Part shown: positions 18,525-28,400 of the stretch, piece after piece
Numbering within the stretch: position 1 is the stretch's first letter
Layout of the letters: every line of letters begins with the position of its first letter
NCBI GenBank assembly: GCA_043749955.1
Contig: JAYVCM010000148.1
Location: 1-35,327 of the forward strand
Origin: Limisphaerales bacterium
Lineage (GTDB): Bacteria > Verrucomicrobiota > Verrucomicrobiia > Limisphaerales > UBA11358
Length of the DNA: 35,327 bases
Direction: 5' to 3'
Translations under genes and position numbers: made by a program
Notes under the pieces: model-generated
What the model was told of the DNA's origin: nothing
What the model saw: the letters and a program-made list of their open reading frames with translations, nothing else
Database searches by the model: none

Positions 18525-19835
18525 ATGTCATCACATACTGGGCGGCAAACGGCGAACACCAGCAAGGTTCTCTGCGTCATCATGGGCGGCGGCCAGGGCA
18601 CGCGACTTTTCCCGCTGACGAAGGACCGAGCCAAGCCGGCGGTGCCGCTCGCGGGCAAATACCGCCTCGTGGACATCCCGATCTCCAACTGCATCAACTC
18701 CGGCATCCGGCGCATCTATATTTTGACGCAGTTCAATTCCACCTCGCTGCACGGGCACATCTCGCGCACCTACAAGTTCGACCATTTCTCGAGCGGCTTC
18801 GTGGAGATCCTCGCGGCGCAGCAGACGTTCACCAACTCGTCGTGGTATGAAGGCACGGCGGACGCGGTGCGGAAAAACCTGGTCCACTTTTTGAACCATG
18901 ATTTTGACCAGCTCATCATTTTGAGCGGCGACCAGTTGTATCGGATGGATTTTCAGGAGGTCATCACGCAGCACATCGTGACGGGCGCGGAGATCACCAT
19001 CGCCACGATGCCGGTCGGGCGGACGGAGGCGAATTCGCTCGGCATCATGCAGATTGACGACACGAACCGCATCACGCGCTTCGTGGAAAAGCCGAAGGAG
19101 GACGCCGTGCTGGACACGCTCAAGCTGCCGGCGGCGATGCAGACGGCGCTCGGCATCAAGACCGAAGGCGATTCGTTCCTCGCCTCGATGGGCATCTACG
19201 TTTTCAACCGCAAGGTCATCTGCGAACTGCTCGACAACCCGCTCTCCGATTTCGGCAAGCACATCATCCCGCACGCCATCAATTCGCGCCGCGTTTTTTC
19301 CTACGTCTTCCAGGGCTACTGGGAGGACATCGGGACCATCCGCTCCTTCTTCGAGGCGAACCTGGACCTGGTTAGCGAGCTGCCGCGGTTTAATTTCTTC
19401 GACATGAGCGCGCCGATTTTTTCGCGCCCGCGCTACCTGCCCGGCTCGAAGATCAACGGCGCGCAGATTGATCACGCCGTCATTTCCGACGGCTGCATCA
19501 TCAACCGCGCGTCCATCAACCGGACCATCGTGGGCCTGCGCACGCTCGTCGGCTCGGGCACGGAACTGAACCGCGTCATCGTCCTCGGCAGCGACTACTA
19601 CGAATCACAGGAGTCCGTGGAGAAGAACGAAAGCGAAGGCCGCCCGCGCATCGGCATCGGCGAGAACTGCAAAATCGAGAACGCCATCATTGACAAGAAC
19701 GCGCGCATTGGCAACAACGTGACCATCTCCCCGGCGGGCAAGGCCGAGAACCTCGACCACGAACGCTACTTCATCCGCGACGGCATCATCATCATCCCCA
19801 AGGACGGCGTGATTCCGCATGGGACGGTGATTTAA
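18525..19835 (+). CDS. glgC: Glucose-1-phosphate adenylyltransferase
   Basis: GGGQGTRLFPLTKDRAKPAVP, LTQFNS, GTADAVR, LSGDQLYRMD, FVEKP, SMGIYVF, YWEDIGT. Confidence 0.96.
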   Translation: MSSHTGRQTANTSKVLCVIMGGGQGTRLFPLTKDRAKPAVPLAGKYRLVDIPISNCINSGIRRIYILTQFNSTSLHGHISRTYKFDHFSSGFVEILAAQQTFTNSSWYEGTADAVRKNLVHFLNHDFDQLIILSGDQLYRMDFQEVITQHIVTGAEITIATMPVGRTEANSLGIMQIDDTNRITRFVEKPKEDAVLDTLKLPAAMQTALGIKTEGDSFLASMGIYVFNRKVICELLDNPLSDFGKHIIPHAINSRRVFSYVFQGYWEDIGTIRSFFEANLDLVSELPRFNFFDMSAPIFSRPRYLPGSKINGAQIDHAVISDGCIINRASINRTIVGLRTLVGSGTELNRVIVLGSDYYESQESVEKNESEGRPRIGIGENCKIENAIIDKNARIGNNVTISPAGKAENLDHERYFIRDGIIIIPKDGVIPHGTVI

Positions 19836-19884
19836 AAAACTGCCAGGTCGTTTTGGTTTTGCGGAAGAGTGTCCGGTCAATTCA

Positions 19885-19928
19885 GGCGGGCGAATTTTCA
19901 AGGGGGACGGCGAACGATGCTCCTTCTC
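19885..19928 (+). repeat. Copy 1 of a ~44-bp intergenic direct repeat
   Basis: GGCGGGCGAATTTTCAAGGGGGACGGCGAACGATGCTCCTTCTC; homologous to 20642-20685 and 21070-21113. Confidence 0.85.
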
Positions 19929-20044
19929 TGTTTGGAGGCCGAACGGTGCAAACCCAGTTGGCAGCAGTTGCTGCGTGTTGTCCCCGCACATTGCCGGCAA
20001 ATTAACGGTTGTCAGCCACCGGCCTTTCTGCCAACCATTTATTC

Positions 20045-20599
20045 ATGACCAAGATTAAATCATTTCTCATCGTGTTTTGTTCAGTCGTTGTGGGCGCACT
20101 GGCCGTTTTCGCCGGCGAATTTCCCGACAGTTGGACGTGGGACACTGACCCGCAGAACCGCGCCAGCCACGCCGCCTTGGAAGGCAGGCCGATGCCGGCG
20201 CTCGACCCCAGCGAATGGATCAATGGCGAAGTTAAGCCGGCCGACATGAAGGGCAAAGTCGTCCTCGTGGACTTTTACGCGACTTGGTGCGGTCCGTGCA
20301 TGGCCGCCATTCCGCACAACAACGAGCTGCTTAAAAAATACCAGTCCCAGGGATTGATCGTTGTTGGCATCTGCACCTCCAGTCACGGACAGGAAAAAAT
20401 GGCCGCCAACGCCCAGGAAAAAGGCATCCAATATCCGACCGCCCGCGATGCGAAGCTGAAGTCGGAGAAGGCCTGGCAGGTGCATTATTATCCTACCTAT
20501 GCGCTCGTGGACCGTAAAGGCATCGTGCGCGTCATCGGCCTGCAACCGCAGAACGTCGAGAGCGCCGTCAAGAAGCTGCTGGCTGAACCGGCTTCGTGA
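20045..20599 (+). CDS. TlpA/redoxin family thiol-disulfide oxidoreductase, exported
   Basis: Signal peptide; KGKVVLVDFYATWCGPC; YPTYALVDRKG. Confidence 0.9.
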   Translation: MTKIKSFLIVFCSVVVGALAVFAGEFPDSWTWDTDPQNRASHAALEGRPMPALDPSEWINGEVKPADMKGKVVLVDFYATWCGPCMAAIPHNNELLKKYQSQGLIVVGICTSSHGQEKMAANAQEKGIQYPTARDAKLKSEKAWQVHYYPTYALVDRKGIVRVIGLQPQNVESAVKKLLAEPAS

Positions 20600-20641
20600 G
20601 GCGGCGTCAGTTTCGCGCCGTGTTGCCGCGCTTTCATCCCC

Positions 20642-20685
20642 GGCGCGCGGATTTTCTAGGGGACGGCGGACGATGCTCCTTCTCC
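20642..20685 (+). repeat. Copy 2 of the ~44-bp intergenic direct repeat
   Basis: GGCGCGCGGATTTTCTAGGGGACGGCGGACGATGCTCCTTCTCC. Confidence 0.85.
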
Positions 20686-20736
20686 ATGGGTAGAACACCC
20701 CATGGCGGCCGTGCCGCGGTGGGTTATCTTGTCGGC

Positions 20737-20895
20737 ATGAATATATTATTACTCATCGTAGTTCTGCTTCTCTTGTTCGGCGGCGGCGGGTTTTACTTCG
20801 GTGGCCCCGTCATCGGCGGCAGCGGGCTTGGCCTGGTGCTGTTGATCTGCCTTGTCATCTTTATCATGGGCGGATTCCGCACCACGAGAAGCTGA
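20737..20895 (+). CDS. Small Gly-rich membrane protein (DUF3309-like)
   Basis: MNILLLIVVLLLLFGGGGFYFGG...GGSGLGLVLLICLVIFIMG. Confidence 0.8.
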   Translation: MNILLLIVVLLLLFGGGGFYFGGPVIGGSGLGLVLLICLVIFIMGGFRTTRS

Positions 20896-21069
20896 CCAGC
20901 CAGCCGGAACAAAACGGGAATGCCGCCCCAGAGAGGTTGGAAAAAACTACCAGCGGTATGCCGGGCTGTCGCACGAATAATTTCTGCTCCAAACTTTCAA
21001 GGTTTCAGCTTTGGTTTTCTCACTAGACGAGGTGCAATGCCTCCATTTGTTCCCTTGGCGGACAATCCC

Positions 21070-21113
21070 GGCGCGCGAATTTTCAAGGGGTCGGCGGACG
21101 ATTCTCCTGCTCC
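21070..21113 (+). repeat. Copy 3 of the ~44-bp intergenic direct repeat
   Basis: GGCGCGCGAATTTTCAAGGGGTCGGCGGACGATTCTCCTGCTCC. Confidence 0.85.
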
Positions 21114-21346
21114 GTGAGGAGCTGGCCGGGTAGATGGAGGACCACCATCAAACCGGCTTCTTCGCAATCTGCCCGTCCAAGATTTCCTGCACCGCCGGGG
21201 CGACAATGACTTTGTGGCTGCGCTTGAAGCAATGAGTTTGCAGCGGTCAATCTGCGGTTGCAACGCAGACATTTTCGGGCAACCGCCCCGGCAACGCTGG
21301 CACAACATTCCTTTGCTTCGCGCCCGATTGGTTTTATCTTCCGGCC

Positions 21347-21925
21347 ATGCGGAAATTTCGCGATTTTGTTTTTGTCATCACGGCGGCGGTGCTGCTGACG
21401 CTGGCGGTTTATCTCACCTTCACCATCACGCATTGGGCGGGGCGCGGCGCGGGCCTGCATCTATGGAATACCACCAGCGTCATCCACGAGGTGCAGTCGC
21501 TCTCCGACCTCGTCACCATCAAATACGTCATGGAAAAAGTCGTCCTGCTGCAGGACGTGAAATGGTATGGCGAAAACCGCGTGCTGCTGTTGGCGCACGG
21601 CGTGGTGAAGGCGGGCATTGACCTCAAGCGGTTGAAGCCGGAGGACGTGACCATCACGGAGAAAAAAATTTCCATCCATCTGCCGCCGTCGCAGATCACC
21701 GACGCCTATCTCGACGACAAGGCGAGCCAGGTGATTGACCACACGACGGGGTTGTTGCGCACGTTCGACAAGGATCTGGAGCAGGCCGCGCGGCAGAATG
21801 CGGTGGACGACATCGCCCGTGCCGCGCGCCAGGCGGGGATTTTGGGCGATGCCGAGAAGCGGGGGAAGACCGAGCTGGAGAATTTGCTCAAGCGCGCGGG
21901 CTTTGAACAGGTAGAGTTTCACTGA
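21347..21925 (+). CDS. DUF4230 domain membrane-anchored protein
   Basis: N-terminal TM; LSDLVTIKY, GVVKAGIDL, ISIHLPPSQI, terminal GFEQVEF. Confidence 0.82.
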   Translation: MRKFRDFVFVITAAVLLTLAVYLTFTITHWAGRGAGLHLWNTTSVIHEVQSLSDLVTIKYVMEKVVLLQDVKWYGENRVLLLAHGVVKAGIDLKRLKPEDVTITEKKISIHLPPSQITDAYLDDKASQVIDHTTGLLRTFDKDLEQAARQNAVDDIARAARQAGILGDAEKRGKTELENLLKRAGFEQVEFH

Positions 21926-22265
21926 CCGCAGTGCCTAAATTATGGCCGGCGTGTCTGATTTTCACCGGCCGGGCCTCCTCGACCACCATCGTCACCGGCA
22001 GCCGGTAGCGCGGCGGATGCACGCGTTTGGCACGCGGCGGAACACCAATGGACGCCAACTGATGCGTCGCCAGCCGCAGATTCACTGCGGCGGCTTCCCT
22101 GCCGCCGAACACAAAACTTTGATTATGAAATTTTTTGGCCACGCGGGTCTCATTGCAACTCGTGTGCCAGAAAAAATCCGCACGGTTAAGAACTATTTTG
22201 CGGCGCAAAAAAATCTAAAGCCGGATTGTCGCCCCGTTGGGCGGCGGCGGATCGAGTTCGTTGCG

Positions 22266-22367
22266 GCTGAAACACCCTGCCTCCCAGGGTCTTTTTTTCA
22301 CCACTTGAAAGATTTGTTCCCACGCCGACAAGCTGAAACACCCTGCCTCCCAGGGTCTTTTTTTCAC
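22266..22367 (+). repeat. Two identical 36-bp hairpin repeats separated by a 30-bp unique spacer (mini-array or tandem attenuator)
   Basis: GCTGAAACACCCTGCCTCCCAGGGTCTTTTTTTCAC at 22266-22301 and 22332-22367; spacer CACTTGAAAGATTTGTTCCCACGCCGACAA. Confidence 0.9.
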
Positions 22368-22492
22368 AGGTTTTCGTCAGCCCAAGCCGTCAATCAGGAG
22401 TTGCAAAGACGGTCGCATCAACGATAATAAACCACCCGGCCGTCCGGTTTCCCCGGCGACGCGGCGCCACCAAAATTCCAAGCCCATTTGTT

Positions 22493-25400
22493 ATGAAAAG
22501 GATCGCGAAATTCTCACCGGGGAAACTCCTCTCAATCGGCCTGACGATCCTCGCGGCGCTGGCCGTCGCGGCGGTCAACTTGCAGGCCGCCTGCACGCCG
22601 CCGCCGTCGGGTCTCGTCGCTTGGTGGCAGGCGGAAGGCAATGCCAATGACTTCACCGGCGCGCACAACGGCGCGCTGTCCGGCAGCGGCGCGACTTATG
22701 CCGGCGGCAGGGTCGGACAAGGTTTTCGTTTTGACGGGACCAATGGCTACGTTGCGATCCCCGATTCCGCCGCGCTCAAGCCGGCGAACGTCACCGTCGA
22801 GGCCTGGGTCTGGCTGGATCCAAATGTTTCGCCCGGCACGGAGGTCATTGTTTTCAAAAAAAATTCATGGAGCTTTCTGTTTGAAGGCTACAATCTCGCG
22901 AAGGAACACATGGACAACGGCAACGGAACTTTTTCCGACCGTTTTTCGTTTGTGATTACGAGCGGCGGCAACCAAGTGATAACCCGCTCCACCACGGTGG
23001 TTCAGCGCGGCGTCTGGTATCATGTGGCCGGCACCTATGATGGCAGCAAGGCAACCATCTGGGTCAATGGTGCGGCCCAGGCTTCAAACATCGCCGGCTT
23101 TGCCTTGGACTATGGCACCCGTCCGGTGTTTATCGGCGCGACGGGCGAAGCCGCCCCGTATGACAATTTTCTGGCAGGCATCATTGATGAGGCGTCCATT
23201 TACAGCCGCGCCCTGGCCACGAACGAAATCGCCGCCCTCTACAGCGCGGGCAGTGCGGGCAAGTGTGCATCCGTGGCTCCAGTTTGTGTCACGCCGCCAT
23301 CGGGCCTGATCAGTTGGTGGCCGGGAGAAGGGTCGGCGACTGATGTTATCGGCGGTAACACCGGAACTTGGGCCGGAACCGGAAGTTTGAACAGCTATGG
23401 TTCCGGGATGGTTGGCCAGGAATTTGTCTTCGATGGAACCCACAGGGATAGGGTGAGCGTTGGCAGCCCCGCCAATCTTCAATTGCAAAATTTCACCATC
23501 GAAGCCTGGATCAAGCGTTCCAGTTCCACCGTCGCCTCATTAGATGAAAATTTTCAAGACGGGACATTGGCCGGGCCGGATGGGGTGGTTTTTGGCTGGG
23601 GCGATGGTGGCTACAGCTTGACGGTTGCTGACGATGGGAAATTAGGCATGAGCAAGATAGGTGTGGATGTGAGCTATGCGCCACCAGCGGTTACCAATAC
23701 AAATTGGCATCATGTGGCCGTGACAAAATCGGGAACCCAATTAGTGTTCTATGTGGATGGAGTGACCCAACCATCGCCCACGATCAATCCATACAATTCA
23801 ATTTTCACCTTCACGACCGCCGCAGCCATTGGATCACGGGGCGATGGCGGCGGCAATACGTTCTATGGCAAGGTTGACGAACTATCCATTTACAACCGGG
23901 CGCTTTCGGCCAATGAAATCACCGCCATCTACAACGCCGGCAGCGCGGGCAAGTGTGCGACGGTGGCGACCACCTGCACACCGCCAGCATCAGGAATCGT
24001 CGGGTGGTGGCCGGCGGAAGCGAATGCCAATGACATTGCCGGCACGAACCATGGCACGCTTCAGGGCGGCCTTGGATTTGCCCCCGGCGAAGTGAGCCAG
24101 GCCTTCAATTTTAATCCCGCTCAGAGCGGGACGGCGGTTTTCATCCCGGCCAGTTCCATCCTCGATGTGGGAGCCGGAGCCGGCTTCACGCTTGAAACGT
24201 GGATCAAACCCACGGATGTCACGCATTCCCATCCCATGTTCGAGTGGAATGATCTGACCTACTGGGGCGTGCATTTTAACGTCGAACCCGGCCCCGGCCA
24301 ATTATACGCAAACATTCCTGACAGCGGCGGCTTCTGGCATCAATTAAGTTCGGCCAGCGGCGTGGTCGTCTCGAATGTGTTCCAGCATGTGGCGCTGACT
24401 TATGACAAGGCTTCGGGGCTGGCGACGATTTACCGCAACGGCCAGATGGTGGCGCAGCAAAACTTCGGCAGCTTTACACCGCGCACGGCGGGCCGCGCTT
24501 TGTATCTCGGCCGGCGTCCGGCGCCAAGCGGGGAACAGATGACCTTCGCCGGCGCGATGGATGAGCCGGCGGTTTACAATCGCGCACTGTCATCGAATGA
24601 AATCGCCGCCATCTATCTGGCTGGCAGTGCGGGCAAGTGCATGTCCATTCCGCCAGCAGCGCCGGCGGTGCCGGCCATTTCCAGCTTTGCACCTGCAGCC
24701 GGCACCAATGGAACCGTGGTGACAATTTCTGGAACCAACTTCAGCGCGACGGCTTTCTCGAACATCGTTTATTTCGGCGCGGTGAAGGCAATGGTTCTGG
24801 CCGCCAGTTCAAACAGTTTGACGGTGACGGTTCCGGCTGGCTCGACATTTGCGCCCATCACCGCGACGGTTGGCGGATTGACGGGCTATTCGGGAAAAAT
24901 GTTTGAACCGACCTTCACCGGCAACGGCTCGAACATCACCAGCAGCAGTTTCGCGCCAAGCTTCAATCTCACCACCGGCAACGGCCCGCAATGCGCGGTG
25001 ATCGCCGACTTGGACGGCGACGGCAGGCCGGACATCGCACTCCCCTGCGGTGACGCGCATGTCATCGCCATTTTCCGAAACATCGGCACGAACGGCACGC
25101 CGCTGGGCGCGGCCTCGTTCGCACCGCGCGTTGACCTGTCCCTCCCGACCAACGGCACAGCTGGCAACCCGTATCGCCTCCGCGCGCTGGATTTGGACGG
25201 CGACGGCAAACTGGATTTGGTCGTGTGTGAGGTCAATGGCAACCGCGTCGTCGTCTTCCGCAACGTCGCCGCACCCGGCACGCTCGCGGCGAATTCTTTT
25301 GAAACGCCGTTCGTGTTGTTCGCCGGCAACGACTGCCGTTTCGCCACCGCCGCCGACCTTGACGCGGACGGGCGCGTGGACATGGTGGCATTGAACTACG

Positions 25401-28400
25401 GCGACAAGACGATTTCCATCTTCAAAAACATCGGCGGCGCTGGAAGCCTGGCCGCGAATTCGTTTGCGCCGCCGGTGGTTCTCGCCGCGCCGGGCGGGCC
25501 TTACGACGCCACCCTTGCAGATTTGGACGGTGACGGCAAACCCGACCTCGCCGTGGCGAACCCAGACAACAACACAGTTTCCATTTATCAAAACCTCGCC
25601 ACCGCCGGCAGCCTGAACACAAATTCGTTTGCGGCACGCCGCGACCTGGCCGGCGGCACCAACCCCGAAACCATCGCGGCCGTTGATCTGGACGGTGACG
25701 GCAGGCTCGATCTCGCCGTCGGCTCCGTGCAGAGCGACAACGTCAATGTGTATCGCAACATTCACGCGGGCGGACCGCTCACGACGAATTCCTTCGCACC
25801 ACAGGTGGATTTCGGCACGCCCGGCTGGATGCACACCGTCTCGGTTGCGGATTTTAACGGCGACGGCAAGCCTGATCTCGGCGTCGTCGGCGAACTTGGC
25901 AGCTACATGGCAATTTTCCAGAACACCAGCACGCCGGGCAGCTTCACGGTGAACTCGTTCGCACCGCGCGTGGATTTTGGCACGGGCTGGAACCCGTGGG
26001 GCATCGCCGCCGGCGACCTTGATGGCGACGGACGCCCGGACATCGTTTTCTGCAACCAGTATGATTCCAACATCCAGATTTATCAGAACGCCGTTCCGTT
26101 CGGTGCGCCACCGCCGCCGCCGCCGAGTTGCACGCCGCCGGCTTCCGGCTTGGTCGGCTGGTGGCCGGGTGAGGGCAATGCCAGTGATAACGTCGGAACT
26201 AACCACGCCCTGCTGTTCGGCGGTGCAACTTATGCCGCTGGTAAAGTAGGACAAGGTTTCCGTCTCGATGGCACCAACAGCTATTTGCAGATACCCGATT
26301 CCGCCGCGCTCAAGCCGGCTAACCTCACGGTCGAGGCGTGGGTATGGTTCGATCCGAACGTGACTGGCGCGCGCAATGAACAAGTTGTTTTCAAAAAGAA
26401 TACTTGGAACGCTTTCTTTGAAGGCTACAGCCTCTTGAAAGAGGACGTGGACAACGGCAACGGAACTTACACCGGCCGGTTTTCATTTGTCATCACGAGC
26501 GGCGGCAACCAGGTCATCACCCGTTCCACCTCGGCCATCCAGCGCGGCGTCTGGTATCACGTCGCGGCGACTTACGACGGCAGCACGCAAAAACTTTTCG
26601 TGAACGGCGTGCTGGAAGCTTCGGCGGTCGCGGGCTTCGCGCTGGATTATGACACGCAGCCGTTATTCGTCGGCTCGACGGGAATTCCCGGCAACTATGT
26701 CAACTATCTCGCGGGCATCATTGATGAGCCGTCCATTTACAACCGCGCGCTGGCGACCAATGAAATTGCCGCCATCTACAACGCGGGCAGCGCGGGCAAG
26801 TGCGGTTCGCCCGCCGCGGCCTGCACGCCCGCGCCGGCAAACCTCGTGGCGTGGTTGCGCGCGGAAGGAAATTTGAGCGACAGCGCCGGCACCAACACTG
26901 GCACGCAATCCGGCGGCGTGGCTTACAACAGCGGCGAAGCCGGCCAGGGCTTTTATTTCAACGGCAGCTCGCAGATTAAATTGTCCGCCAGCCCCGGCCT
27001 CAACGTCGGCGCGAGCAGCGGCCTGACTTTGGAAACGTGGATTCGTCCGGGTCACTTCACCTTGTATGAGCCGCAGTTCGTTTTTGAGTGGAACGATGGT
27101 GCGGGGAACAGCGGCGTGCATTTCACACTCTCCACGGATCATGGCGTGTTTGGCGACGGCTTTGGCAACATCTATGTGAACGTCGTGGACACTCTCGGCA
27201 ACAGCCACGGGATTTTTACAGCGACGAATGTTCTCGTCACCAACGCGCTCCAGCACGTCGCGTTCACCTACGACAAAACTTCCGGCAACGCCGTCATCTA
27301 CGTCAACGGGCTGGTGCTGGCGAGCACCAACCTCGGCAGCTTCACGCCGCAGACCAGCTATGATCTTTACCTTGCCAACCGCGTGTCCGGCCCGTTTGCC
27401 GGAAGCTACTTCAACGGCCAGTTGGATGAGCCTTCCATTTACAACCGCGCGCTTTCCGTTTCTGAAATCCAAGCTATCTACAACGCCGGCAGCGCGGGCA
27501 AATGCGTGGACAATGGCGTGCCGCCTGTGGCCGTGACCTTGTTGAATGTGGATTTCGACGGCGGGGATGTTCCGCAGAAAACCGGTTTCGCGGCGGCGGG
27601 AATCTCCACGAATGATTTCTGGAATTACTACACGCGCAACGACGGCAACGGCGGCTGGCGGACGTCTGGCTCGCTGACCAATTTGAAAAATGCCGACGGC
27701 TCCGTGACCGCCGCCGGCCTCACGGTCAATAATGCCCCCGGCTCGTGGGGCAGCGCCTCCACCGATTTCATGTATGCCGGCTACATCTATCCCTTCGACG
27801 GCGGCAACGTGACGGTGACCATCACGAACCTGCCGGCCGGGACTTACGACGTGCTGCCGTATTCGCCGAACGGAAATTTCGACGTGGCCGTGGGCGCAAT
27901 GAACTACGGCACCCGCACCTGCATCGAAAACCCCGTCGTCAATCCGCCGGTCTGGCAGCCGGGCGTGCAGTATGTGCGCTTCACCAATGTCGTCGTGAAC
28001 GCCGGCCAGCCGCTGGTGCTCACTGTGCATCCGGGCGTGGGCGACAGCGCGCTCATCGCGGGACTGCAAATCGCCTTGTCATCGCTGACCAATGCGCTGC
28101 CGCCGCCGCCCGTCGCTCCAGCCATCATGATGCAGCCGACCAATGTCACCGTGCTGGCCGGCAACCCGGCGGTGTTCAGCATCACGGCACAAGGCTCGGC
28201 CCTGCTGACGTATCAATGGCGTTTCAACGGCACCAACATCGCCGGCGCAACGGGCGCAACGCTGACGTTGAGCAACGTCCAGCCCGCGCTCGCCGGAAAT
28301 TATTCCGTGCTCGTCTCCAACTTCGTCGGCACCGCGACCAGTTCCAACGCCGTGCTGAATGTGCTCGCGCCGCCGACAATTATTTCGCAGACGCCCAGCC

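Noticed and set aside
21046-21065. Partial match (ATTTGTTCCC...GACAA) to the 30-bp spacer at 22302-22331
   Set aside because: Only a 10-nt exact match, about what chance gives in 35 kb on two strands; not evidence of self-targeting.
21125-21180. Fluoride-riboswitch-like start (GATGGAG...CACCATCAAACCG)
   Set aside because: The conserved 3' GCTGATGRC pseudoknot segment is missing and the downstream gene is not a fluoride exporter.
21298-21316. Sigma54-like TGGCAC...TTGC upstream of DUF4230
   Set aside because: Spacing between the GG and GC elements is wrong for a -24/-12 promoter.
22266-22367. Formal CRISPR array call
   Set aside because: Only two repeats and no cas genes in the window; kept as a finding rather than annotated as CRISPR.
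21888-22427. Short ORFs on both strands between DUF4230 and the giant gene
   Set aside because: No recognisable motifs, overlap with repeats or neighbouring genes, no clear start signals; treated as non-coding.
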